Assembly (NCBI RefSeq): GCF_004765795.1
Contig: NZ_SBIV01000001.1
Coordinates: forward strand, 186,001-250,000
Length of the DNA stretch: 64,000 nt
Direction of reading: 5' to 3'
Origin: Halorussus marinus
Lineage (GTDB): Archaea > Halobacteriota > Halobacteria > Halobacteriales > Haladaptataceae
Shown: in pieces, positions 30,581 through 39,934 of the stretch
How the letters are laid out: the number at the start of each line of letters is the position of its first letter
How positions within the stretch are numbered: position 1 is the stretch's first letter
Translations under genes and position numbers: made by a program
Notes under the pieces: generated by a model
What the model was told of the DNA's origin: nothing
What the model saw: the letters and a program-made list of their open reading frames with translations, nothing else
The model's database searches: none

Positions 30581-31868
30581 CGCCGAAACCGCGGACGCCC
30601 CGCCCGAGACCGACTCGGAGACGGCGGCGTCGTGGCCCGTCCGGTACCTCCGCGAGCACCTCGCGCACCTCGCGGTGATCGCCGTCTTCGCGGCGTATCC
30701 GGGGCTCTACTCGGTGCTGGTGAACTCCCCGGTCGGCGCGGAGATGGAGACGGTCCTGCCGCAGGTCGAGACCATGGTCGCGGTGCTTTACTTCGGCCTG
30801 TTCGCGATGTCGTTCGACTTCATCAGCGGCTACACGGGGTATCTCTCGTTCGGGCACGCCGCCTTCTACGGCACCGGGGCGTACTTCGTCGTGCTCGCGG
30901 CCAACGGCAAGATACCCCTGCTCGGGCCGGACACGTCGTTTGTCGCCTTGCTCGTGATCGGCGGGCTGATCGCGGTCGGGCTCGCGGTCCTCATCGGCGC
31001 GGTGTCGTTCCGGCTCACCGGCGTCTACTTCGCGATGATCACGCTCGGGTTCTCGCAGGTGCTGTACGTGCTGGTCCGCGACTGGGGGTATCTGGCGTCG
31101 AACCCCCGGGACGGCCCCGCGGTGCTCGGACGCACCGAGCCGTTCTCGATCGGCGTGCCGGGCGTCGACTCGCTGGACCTCGCGATCGGCCAACTCGCCG
31201 GCGAGAGCGTCGAGGGGCTGTTGGGCGTGCTCGAGTTCACCGCGACCGAGGTGTCGTACTACATGATCGGGCTCGTCGTGCTGGCGTCGTACTTCGCGAT
31301 GCAACGAATCATCCACTCGCCGTTCGGCAAGGTGCTGATCGCGATCCGGGAAAACGAGGAGCGCGCCGAGGCCATCGGCTACAACACCTTCTGGTACAAG
31401 CTCGGTGCGTTCGCGGTCAGCGCCTTCTTCGCCGCGGTGGCGGGCGGCCTGCTCGCGGGGTTCCGGCGGTCGGTCTCGCCCGACGGCACCTTCTACTTCC
31501 TGGTGACCGGCGACGCGCTGTTGGCCTCCATCATCGGCGGGTTCGGCACGCTCGCCGGCCCGCTGTACGGCTGGCTGTTCGACGAGGGGGTCACCGAGTT
31601 CCTCTCGAAGCGCGGGGAGGGCGGCGGCCTGCTCCCTTACCTCCGGGACAACCTCGGGGAGGGACTGCTCTCGACCGAGGTGTTCGACGGCCTCACGGTC
31701 GGGGAGGCGATCAACACCTTCCTCAACGGCCACGCCGAACTGTACATCGGCGTGCTGTTCGTGCTGTTCGTCCTCTTCGTGCCGAGCGGACTCCTCGGCA
31801 CCGTCCGCGACCGGGTCGGCGGTCCGGTCGGCGAAGCGATCGCCAGCCGGCTACGGGGTGAGCGATGA
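30576..31868 (+). CDS. livM: ABC permease (LivM-like); probable ATT start, first standard start codon (GTG) at 30675
   Basis: GYTGYLSFGHAAFYG, YFAMITLG and AIRENEERAEAIG; in-frame ATT overlaps the livH TAG and follows GGAGGTG. Confidence 0.85.
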   Translation: MSAETADAPPETDSETAASWPVRYLREHLAHLAVIAVFAAYPGLYSVLVNSPVGAEMETVLPQVETMVAVLYFGLFAMSFDFISGYTGYLSFGHAAFYGTGAYFVVLAANGKIPLLGPDTSFVALLVIGGLIAVGLAVLIGAVSFRLTGVYFAMITLGFSQVLYVLVRDWGYLASNPRDGPAVLGRTEPFSIGVPGVDSLDLAIGQLAGESVEGLLGVLEFTATEVSYYMIGLVVLASYFAMQRIIHSPFGKVLIAIRENEERAEAIGYNTFWYKLGAFAVSAFFAAVAGGLLAGFRRSVSPDGTFYFLVTGDALLASIIGGFGTLAGPLYGWLFDEGVTEFLSKRGEGGGLLPYLRDNLGEGLLSTEVFDGLTVGEAINTFLNGHAELYIGVLFVLFVLFVPSGLLGTVRDRVGGPVGEAIASRLRGER

Positions 31869-32896
31869 CCGACCCCGCGCCGACGGTCGGGCTCACCGGC
31901 TACGGTACCTACGTCCCGGACGGCGTCGTCACCGGCGAGGAGATCGCCGCCGAGAGCGGCGTCCCCGAGGACGTGGTGGTCGAGAAGATGGGCGTCCGCG
32001 AGAAGCGGGTCTGTCCGCCCGACGCCGACCACGCGACCGACATGTGCGTCTCGGCCGCCGAGGCGGCGCTCGCGGACGCCGGCCTCGCGCCCGCGGACGT
32101 CGATGTGGTGCTGTATCACGGGAGCGAGTACAAGGACTTCTACGTCTGGAGCGCCGCCGCCGACGTCGCCGAGCGACTCGGCGCCGACGAGGCGTTCGCG
32201 GTCGAGAGCTACGCGCTGTGTGCGGGCGCGCCGCTCGCGCTCCGACAGGCGAGGGCCCAACTGCGCGCCGACGCCCCCGAGACGGCGTTACTCGTGGCCG
32301 CGAGCCGCGAGGAGGACCTCGTCGACTACGCCAACGAGGACGCCTCGTTCATGTTCAACTTCGGGAGCGGGGCGTGCGCGATGGTGCTGGAGTCCGAGCC
32401 GGGCGAGCGCGCTCGCGCTACGCTCGGGGAGAGCGCCGCGATCACGGACGGCAGTTTCTCCGAGGACGTGGTAATGCCCGCGGGCGGCTCGCGGAACCCG
32501 CCGAGCACGGCGACGGTCGAGCAGGGACTGCACACGCTCGACGTGCCCGATCCCGACGGGATGAAAGAGCGCCTCGGGGCGGTGAGCCTCCCGAACTTCC
32601 TTCGGGTGGCCGACGACGCCCTCTCGCGGTCGGGCTACGACCGCTCGGACCTGGACTTCGTGGCGCTCACCCACATGAAGCGGTCGTTCCACGAGTTGCT
32701 GGTCGAGGAACTCGACGCGGCTGACTACTACCTCGACGAGTACGGCCACGTCCAGAGCGTCGATCAGGTGCTCGCGCTCGACGCGGCGCTCGACCGCGGC
32801 CTCGTCGAATCCGGGGACCTCGTCTGCTTTCTCGCGGCCGGGACCGGCTATACGTGGGCCGCGACGATTCTGGAGTGGCGCGGCGACGGTGCGTGA
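31865..32896 (+). CDS. 3-oxoacyl-ACP synthase III (FabH)-like condensing enzyme
   Basis: GTYVP, KMGVREKR, YALCAG, FGSGACA, THM, YGHVQSVD and GTGYTW. Confidence 0.85.
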   Translation: MTDPAPTVGLTGYGTYVPDGVVTGEEIAAESGVPEDVVVEKMGVREKRVCPPDADHATDMCVSAAEAALADAGLAPADVDVVLYHGSEYKDFYVWSAAADVAERLGADEAFAVESYALCAGAPLALRQARAQLRADAPETALLVAASREEDLVDYANEDASFMFNFGSGACAMVLESEPGERARATLGESAAITDGSFSEDVVMPAGGSRNPPSTATVEQGLHTLDVPDPDGMKERLGAVSLPNFLRVADDALSRSGYDRSDLDFVALTHMKRSFHELLVEELDAADYYLDEYGHVQSVDQVLALDAALDRGLVESGDLVCFLAAGTGYTWAATILEWRGDGA

Positions 32897-32953
32897 TCGC
32901 GTCGATCGCCGCGACCGCTCGAAGCTCGTGATCGCGTCGATCGCCGCGACCGC
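32892..32953. repeat. Perfect 27-nt direct repeat, two copies
   Basis: CGTGATCGCGTCGATCGCCGCGACCGC at 32892-32918 and 32927-32953. Confidence 0.9.
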
Positions 32954-33003
32954 CGGGCGACCGCTTCCGAAACTGCTTTTCGACCGGCACGCACCCTACC
33001 GGT

Positions 33004-34251
33004 GTGAACGAGGAGAAGTTTCAGTTCTACGCGCTGTATCTCACGCGGTTCGCCAGCGGCTTCGGGTTCATCACGCTGGTGACCCTGCTCCCGACGTACG
33101 TGAACCTCTTCGACGCCTCGAACCTCGTCGTCGGGCTGTTCACGACGGCGTTCACGCTCGCCCAGACCGCGGCTGTCGTCCCGCTGGCGTGGGCGGGCGA
33201 CCGCGGGGACAAGCGGCTGGTGCTGGCGGGCTGTCTCGGGCTCGCGGCCGTGACATACGTCGCGTTCGCGCTCGTCGGGTCGAGCCTCCAGTTCGTGGCC
33301 GCCCGGGCGCTTCAGGGCGTCGCGGTCACCGGCACCGGGCTGATGTCGCTCGCGCTGATCGGCGAACTCGCGCCCGCCGACGCCCGGGCGACCCACATCG
33401 GACGGGCAAACGCCGCCCGGTTCGGCGCGAGCATCCTCGGCAGTCTCGGGGCGGGGAGCCTCCACGGGCTGTACGGCTTCGAGGCGGTGTACGCCGTCCT
33501 CGTCGGCCTGCTCTTGCCCGCGCTGGTCGGGGTCTGGTGGTTCGTCGACAGCGACGGGACGACGATCGCCGGCAACCCCTTCGCCGGCCTCGCGTTCAAC
33601 CGACGACTGCTCACTCTCACGAGCTTTCGTGCCCAGTACGCGGTCGCGGTCACGCTGGTCCGGACGTGGGTCCCCCTCTACGCCGGGCTGGAGGTCGCCC
33701 GCGGCGGGCTCGGGTACACGGAGACGGCGCTCGCGGTGAGCCTGCTCATCACCGCCGAGAAGGCCACCAACATGCTGTGTCAGCCCTACACGGGCCGGCT
33801 CTCCGATCGGGCGGGCCGGTCGCTGTTCGTGTTCGTCGGCGGCGGCCTCTACGGGCTGGTCGCGCTCGCGGTGCCGTTCACCCCCGCGATCGGCTCGTTC
33901 GTCGGCGCGCCCGAGACGTTCCCGGTCGTCGGAACGCTGTCGGCGGCGTTCCTGCCGCTTTTGACCTGTAACGCCCTGCTCGGTGTGGCCGACAGCCTCC
34001 GCGAGCCCGCGAGCATGGCGCTGTTCGCCGACGAGGGCACCGAGGACGGCTCGGTCGCCTCCAGCTTCGGCATCCGGGAGCTGGTCTGGCGGCCCGGGAG
34101 CGTGCTCGCGCCGATGCTCGGCGGCGCGCTCATGGGCGTCGGGATGCAGTGGGTGTTCTTCGTCGGCGCGGGGGCGGCCTTTAGCGGGATCCTCACGTTC
34201 TTCGGCATCCTCGCGCGCGACCACGGCGCTCGGGCGCTCACGCAGTGGTAA
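33004..34251 (+). CDS. MFS transporter
   Basis: About 12 TM segments; AWAGDRGDKR and GRLSDRAGRS motif-A loops. Confidence 0.88.
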   Translation: MNEEKFQFYALYLTRFASGFGFITLVTLLPTYVNLFDASNLVVGLFTTAFTLAQTAAVVPLAWAGDRGDKRLVLAGCLGLAAVTYVAFALVGSSLQFVAARALQGVAVTGTGLMSLALIGELAPADARATHIGRANAARFGASILGSLGAGSLHGLYGFEAVYAVLVGLLLPALVGVWWFVDSDGTTIAGNPFAGLAFNRRLLTLTSFRAQYAVAVTLVRTWVPLYAGLEVARGGLGYTETALAVSLLITAEKATNMLCQPYTGRLSDRAGRSLFVFVGGGLYGLVALAVPFTPAIGSFVGAPETFPVVGTLSAAFLPLLTCNALLGVADSLREPASMALFADEGTEDGSVASSFGIRELVWRPGSVLAPMLGGALMGVGMQWVFFVGAGAAFSGILTFFGILARDHGARALTQW

Positions 34252-34347
34252 AGGCCGACCAAACAGTATTATTGGCCTTATGTGGCATTAATACGTCCTT
34301 AGTCATTCAGGGGTAGGCTCTTGTACGGCGTCCCGAATAGCACGCCC

Positions 34348-37300
34348 ATGACCCACGAGCACTCTACGCACACAGACGACCGCCGAGGCCTCGGTTCGCC
34401 CGACGACGCGCGCGCGAACTGCGGGGTCGGCGTCGTCGCGGACCTCCGCGGACGCGACCCGGGCGACGGCGACCACGAGGTCCTCGCCGACGGCCTCGCG
34501 CTCCTCGAACGCCTCGAACACCGCGGAACCACCGGCGCCGAGGAGAACACCGGCGACGGCGCCGGCGTGATGCTGGAGACGCCCCACGACTTCTTCGCCG
34601 AGGTGGTCCCGGACCTCCCCGCCCGCGGCGAGTACGCCGTCGGTTCGCTGTTCTTACCGACCGACGACGCGGCTCGGCGCGATCTTCGGGAGCGCATCGA
34701 GTCGGTGCTCGCCGACGACGGCCTCGACGTGTTCCACTGGCGGGCGGTTCCGACCGACGGCGCCGACCTCGGGGCAACCGCGCTCGACGCCGAGCCCGCG
34801 ATCTGGCAGTGTTTCGTCCGGCCCGAGGTCGATCTCTCGGCCGACGCGTTCGACCGGCGACTCTACGTCGCCCGCAGGGCCCTGGAGAAGGCCGTCGAGA
34901 CGCCCGAGGACCTCTACGTCTGCTCGCTCGACCGCGAGACGGTCGTCTACAAGGGACTGCTGAAAGGCGACCAGTTGGCGGGCTACTTCCCGGACCTGAC
35001 CGACGACCGCGTCGGGACGCGGTTCGTACTGGTCCACGCCAGATTCTCGACCAACACGCTCGGGGCGTGGCACCTCGCCCATCCGTACCGGAACGTCGTC
35101 CACAACGGGGAGTTCAACACGATCCGGGGGAACGTCAACTGGATGCGGGCCCGCGAGACCGACCTCGACACCGACCGGTTCGACCCCGACCGCGTGACGC
35201 CCGTCGTCACCGACCCCGAGGGAAGCGACACGTCGATGGTCGACGACACCCTCGAACTCCTGTTGCAGGCGGGCCGAGACCTCCCGCACGCGCTCAGACT
35301 GCTGGTCCCCGAGGCGTGGCGCAAGGACGACCGGATGGCCGACGACCGCCGGGCGTTCTACGACTACCACGCCTCGCTGGTCGAGCCGTGGGACGGCCCC
35401 GCGCTCGTGGCCGGGGCCGACGGCGGCCGGATCGGCGCGGTGCTCGACCGCAACGGGCTCCGGCCCTGCCGGTACGACGTGACCGCCGACGACCGGCTCG
35501 TGATGGCGAGCGAGGCCGGCGCGCTCGACCTGCCCGAGTCCGAGATCGTCGAGCGCGGCCGGCTCGAACCCGGCCAGCTGTTTCTGGCCGACGTGACCGC
35601 GGGCCGGATCGTCCCCGACGAGGAGGTGTTCGACGACCTCACCGAGCAACCGTACGGCGAGTGGGTCGACCGCGAGCAAGTCGAACTCGACGCGCCCGCC
35701 GATCCGACGCCCCGCGCCGGAGGGTCGGCGGGCGACGATCCGGCGGCGGCCGACGTCTCGCTCCGGGCCGCGCAGGCGGCCTTCGGCTACACGCGCGACG
35801 AGCTCGATCAGTTGCTCGAACCGATGGCGACCACCGGGAAAGACCCCGTCGGGTCGATGGGCGACGACACGTCGCTGTCGGTGCTCTCGGCGTTCGATCG
35901 CCCGCTGTTCTCGTACTTCAAACAGCTGTTCGCGCAGGTGTCGAACCCGCCGATCGACTACCTCCGGGAGGACTGTGTCACCAGCCTCGAAACCCGGCTC
36001 GGCCGCCAGCGAAACCTCCTCGGGGAGACGCCGGCCCACGCCCGCCAGCTCCGGCTCGACTCGCCGGTGTTGACCGACGCCGAGACGGCCGGCCTGCGCG
36101 AGTGTGACCTCCCGAGCGAGACCGTCGACATCACCTACGCGCCCGACGTCGACCTCGAAGCCGCGGTCGAGCGCGTCCGGACCGACGCCCGCGAGGCGAT
36201 CGAGTCGGGCGCCGAACTCGTGGTGCTGTCGGACCGCCGGGTCGGCGAGGACCGACTCGCGGTGCCGAGCCTCCTCGCGACGGGGGCAGTCCACCACCAC
36301 CTCGTCCGGAACGGCCTGCGCAACCACGCCGGCCTCGTCGTGGAGTCGGGCGACCCCCGGACGGTCCACCACCTCGCCTGCCTCGTCGGCTACGGCGCTG
36401 GCGCGGTCAACCCCTACCTCGCCTACCGGTCGATCGGCGACGTGGTGGCCGGCCCCGAGGGGGCCGACGAGGCCGACGCGGTCGACGCCTACGTCGGGGC
36501 CTTAGAGGACGGCCTCCAGAAGACGATGGCGAAGATGGGCATCTCGACGGTCGAGAGCTACCGCGGCGCCCAGATATTCGAGGCGGTCGGGCTCGATTCG
36601 GGCTTCGTCGCCGAGTACTTCGAAGGGACCGAGAACCGGACCGAGGGGATCGGGGTCCCGGAGATCGAGGCCGACCTCCGCGAGCGCCACGAGGTCGCGT
36701 TCGGCGACGATCCCGACGTCGAGCGCCAGGGCGAGTTCGAGCACCGCTCGGGCGGGCGCCACCACCAGTGGAACCCCGAGACGGTCGGGACCCTCCAGCG
36801 GGCGGTCCGAGAGGGCGACTACGACACCTACCGGGAGTTCGCGGCCCAGACCAACGACCGGAGCGAGCGACTCCAGACGCTCCGGGGACTGCTCGAGTTC
36901 GACGCGTCGGATCGGGAGTCGATCCCGATCGAGGACGTCGAACCGGTCGAAGACATCGTCGAGCGCTTTTCGACCGCCGCGATGAGCCTCGGGTCGCTCT
37001 CGCCGGAGGCCCACGAGAACAACGCCGTCGCGATGAACCGGCTCGGCGGAAAGGCAAACACCGGCGAGGGCGGCGAGCCCCCCGAGCGGTTCGGCACCGA
37101 GCGAGAGTGTTCGGTCAAGCAGGTCGCGTCGGGCCGGTTCGGCGTGACCAGCGCGTACCTGGAGAGCGCCGACGAGCTCCAGATCAAGATGGCTCAGGGC
37201 TCGAAGCCCGGCGAAGGCGGTCACCTGCCGGGCGGCAAGGTCGACGAGACGATCGCCGGCGTCCGGTACGCCACGCCCGGCGTCGGGCTCATCTCGCCGC

Positions 37301-38895
37301 CGCCCCAGCACGACATCTACTCGATCGAGGACCTGAAACAGCTCGTCCACGACCTGAAGGTCGCGAACGAGGACGCCGACATCAACGTCAAGCTGGTCTC
37401 TGAGGCCGGTATCGGCACCATCGCGGCCGGCGTCGCGAAGGCCAACGCCGACGTGGTCCACATCTCGGGCCACTCGGGCGGCACCGGCGCGAGCCCCCGC
37501 ACCTCGATCAAGCACGCCGGCCTGCCGTGGGAACTCGGGCTCGCGGAGGCGAACCAACTGCTCCGGGAGACCGGCCTGCGCTCGCGCATCCGGGTGAGCG
37601 TCGACGGCGGGCTCAAGACCGGCCGGGACGTGGCGGTCGCGGCGCTTCTGGGCGCCGAGGAGTACGTCTTCGGCACCGCGAGCCTCGTCACGTCGGGGTG
37701 CGTGATGGCCCGCCAGTGCCACGAGAACACCTGTCCGGTCGGGGTGGCGACCCAGCGCGAGGACCTCCGGGCGCGGTTCCCCGGCGAGCCCGACCACGTC
37801 ATCAACTACATGACGTTCATCGCCCGGGAGCTCAGGGCGGTCATGGCCGACCTCGGCTTCGAGACCGTCGAGGAGATGGTCGGCCGGGTCGACTGTCTCG
37901 ACCAGCGGACGGTCGACCACCCGAAGGCCCGCGGCCTCGACCTCTCGGCGGTGCTCGCCGAGCCGGCCGACCCCGGGCCGACCGACCCTCGACGCACCAA
38001 GACCCGCCCGCAGACCCACGAAATCGACGACCACCTCGACCGGGACCTGCTCGCGGCCGCCGGGAACGCGATCGAGCGGGGCGACCCGGTCGAGGTCGAG
38101 GCCTCGATCACCAACGAGGACCGAGCGGTCGGCGCGATGCTGTCGGGTCGGGTCTCCGAGCGCCACGGCGAGGGCGGGCTCCCGGACGGCACGATCGCGT
38201 GCTCGCTCCGGGGGACCGCCGGCCAGAGCTTCGGCGCGTTCCTCCAGTCCGGGGTCGATCTCAGCCTCGTCGGCGCGGCCAACGACTACCTCGGCAAGGG
38301 GCTGTCGGGCGGTCGGATCGCGGTCACCACGCCCGCCGACGCCGGCTACGACCCCGCCGAGAACGTCGTCGTCGGCAACGTCGCTCTCTACGGCGCGACC
38401 GGCGGCGAGGTGTACGTCAACGGCGTCGCCGGCGAGCGGTTCGGCGTGCGCAACTCCGGCGCGAAGGCGGTCGTCGAGGGCGTCGGCGACCACGGCTGTG
38501 AGTACATGACCGGCGGCGTCGTCGCGGTGCTCGGCGAGACCGGCAAGAACTTCGCGGCGGGGATGAGCGGCGGGGTCGCCTACGTGTACGACGACGACGG
38601 CGCGTTCGCCGAGAGGGCCAACACGGGGATGGTCTCGCTCGACGAGTCGCTGTCGGCCCGCGACGAGGCGGTGTTGGGCCGCCTCCTCGAAAACCACGTC
38701 GCCTACACGGACAGCGATCGGGCGGCGGCGGTGCTCGCCGACTGGGACCGGGCGGTCTCGCGGTTCGTGAAAGTGATGCCCGAAGCCTACGAGCGGGCCG
38801 TCTCCGAGGAGGGCCGCGAGGACGTTCGGAACGCGCTCCCGCCCCGAGCCGACGACCGGGAGGGCGCGAGCCTCGTCGCCGGCGGGGCGGACTGA
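34348..38895 (+). CDS. gltB: Glutamate synthase large subunit
   Basis: ANCGVG, HARFSTNT, HNGEFNT, KMAQGSKPGEGG and Fe-S motif CVMARQCHENTCPVG; no gltD adjacent. Confidence 0.97.
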   Translation: MTHEHSTHTDDRRGLGSPDDARANCGVGVVADLRGRDPGDGDHEVLADGLALLERLEHRGTTGAEENTGDGAGVMLETPHDFFAEVVPDLPARGEYAVGSLFLPTDDAARRDLRERIESVLADDGLDVFHWRAVPTDGADLGATALDAEPAIWQCFVRPEVDLSADAFDRRLYVARRALEKAVETPEDLYVCSLDRETVVYKGLLKGDQLAGYFPDLTDDRVGTRFVLVHARFSTNTLGAWHLAHPYRNVVHNGEFNTIRGNVNWMRARETDLDTDRFDPDRVTPVVTDPEGSDTSMVDDTLELLLQAGRDLPHALRLLVPEAWRKDDRMADDRRAFYDYHASLVEPWDGPALVAGADGGRIGAVLDRNGLRPCRYDVTADDRLVMASEAGALDLPESEIVERGRLEPGQLFLADVTAGRIVPDEEVFDDLTEQPYGEWVDREQVELDAPADPTPRAGGSAGDDPAAADVSLRAAQAAFGYTRDELDQLLEPMATTGKDPVGSMGDDTSLSVLSAFDRPLFSYFKQLFAQVSNPPIDYLREDCVTSLETRLGRQRNLLGETPAHARQLRLDSPVLTDAETAGLRECDLPSETVDITYAPDVDLEAAVERVRTDAREAIESGAELVVLSDRRVGEDRLAVPSLLATGAVHHHLVRNGLRNHAGLVVESGDPRTVHHLACLVGYGAGAVNPYLAYRSIGDVVAGPEGADEADAVDAYVGALEDGLQKTMAKMGISTVESYRGAQIFEAVGLDSGFVAEYFEGTENRTEGIGVPEIEADLRERHEVAFGDDPDVERQGEFEHRSGGRHHQWNPETVGTLQRAVREGDYDTYREFAAQTNDRSERLQTLRGLLEFDASDRESIPIEDVEPVEDIVERFSTAAMSLGSLSPEAHENNAVAMNRLGGKANTGEGGEPPERFGTERECSVKQVASGRFGVTSAYLESADELQIKMAQGSKPGEGGHLPGGKVDETIAGVRYATPGVGLISPPPQHDIYSIEDLKQLVHDLKVANEDADINVKLVSEAGIGTIAAGVAKANADVVHISGHSGGTGASPRTSIKHAGLPWELGLAEANQLLRETGLRSRIRVSVDGGLKTGRDVAVAALLGAEEYVFGTASLVTSGCVMARQCHENTCPVGVATQREDLRARFPGEPDHVINYMTFIARELRAVMADLGFETVEEMVGRVDCLDQRTVDHPKARGLDLSAVLAEPADPGPTDPRRTKTRPQTHEIDDHLDRDLLAAAGNAIERGDPVEVEASITNEDRAVGAMLSGRVSERHGEGGLPDGTIACSLRGTAGQSFGAFLQSGVDLSLVGAANDYLGKGLSGGRIAVTTPADAGYDPAENVVVGNVALYGATGGEVYVNGVAGERFGVRNSGAKAVVEGVGDHGCEYMTGGVVAVLGETGKNFAAGMSGGVAYVYDDDGAFAERANTGMVSLDESLSARDEAVLGRLLENHVAYTDSDRAAAVLADWDRAVSRFVKVMPEAYERAVSEEGREDVRNALPPRADDREGASLVAGGAD

Positions 38896-38974
38896 GAGTC
38901 GCCGCAAGCGGCCCGTCCGGACGACCGCCCGGGAAACTGCACCGCGCCGTTCGAAGTCGGCGAGAAAGAGCGAC

Positions 38975-39739
38975 CTACAGGTAGGCGGCGTCCCACCGCG
39001 CGGGCTTTTTCTGGTTGCCACAGTCGTTGCACTTCAGCCGCTCCATCGAGTCCATCGCGTTGTCGAAACTCTCGCAGTTCGAGCAGAACCACCCGAACAG
39101 GTCCTGGGCGTCCTCGTCGCTGTACGCCGCGTAGAAGGGAGCCTTCGACCCCCGGTCGCTCTCGGCCCAGTTGACGTAGAGGGTCCGCCCGTCGTACTCC
39201 CGGGACTCGAACTTGGCCCGGCCCTCGTGGCCGTAGACGTTCTCGACGTAGGTCTCGCCGCCGATCTCGGTCTCGCGGCTGTTCACCGTCTCGAAGCCGT
39301 TTGCCTCGTAGAACGAACACCCCTGCTCGTTGTCCGCGAGGACGGCCGCGGAGATCTGCTCGGCGCCCCGCTCGGAGAGGGCGGCCTGCGTCTGTTTCAA
39401 CAGAGTGGTCCCGACGCCCTTGTCGCGGTTACCGGGGTCGACGTGGAGCCAGAGGATGGTCGCGGTCCCGTCCTCGGGCAACACGAGGCTCTGGGAGAAG
39501 CCGACCACCTCGTCGCCGGCGACCGCGAGGAGGTAACACATCCCCTCCTCGTCGAGTTCGGCCCCCAGCGCGTCGTCGTCGTACCACCGTTCGACCGCCT
39601 GTTCGACCGTCTCCTCGCCGAGTACGTCGTCGTAGGAGGCGTGAAGCGACTGCAACGCGACCTCGCGGATGCCCGCGACGTCGCTCGACTCCGCCTCGCG
39701 GATCTCGATGCCGTCCGAGTCGGCCTCTCTCTGTCCCAT
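38975..39739 (-). CDS. GNAT acetyltransferase fused to a C-terminal zinc-ribbon-like domain
   Basis: LHVDPGNRDKGVGTTL and FYEANGF; C-terminal CSNC...CNDC. Confidence 0.85.
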   Translation of the reverse strand: MGQREADSDGIEIREAESSDVAGIREVALQSLHASYDDVLGEETVEQAVERWYDDDALGAELDEEGMCYLLAVAGDEVVGFSQSLVLPEDGTATILWLHVDPGNRDKGVGTTLLKQTQAALSERGAEQISAAVLADNEQGCSFYEANGFETVNSRETEIGGETYVENVYGHEGRAKFESREYDGRTLYVNWAESDRGSKAPFYAAYSDEDAQDLFGWFCSNCESFDNAMDSMERLKCNDCGNQKKPARWDAAYL

Positions 39740-39934
39740 ACCACCAACGTACGACGGTGTTCACAATAAGTGTTGTACCCGTCCGAAACAAACGCATAAT
39801 CGTTCGCGGACGCGACTCCGATCGGCGAAAAACTGCACGAACGTCATCGGCGCTCCCGGTCGTCCGGGGCGTCCGCGACGACGGCCGTTCGACGCGTCCG
39901 GTAGGATTTTTGGGCGGGCGGGTCATCGTGGCGT

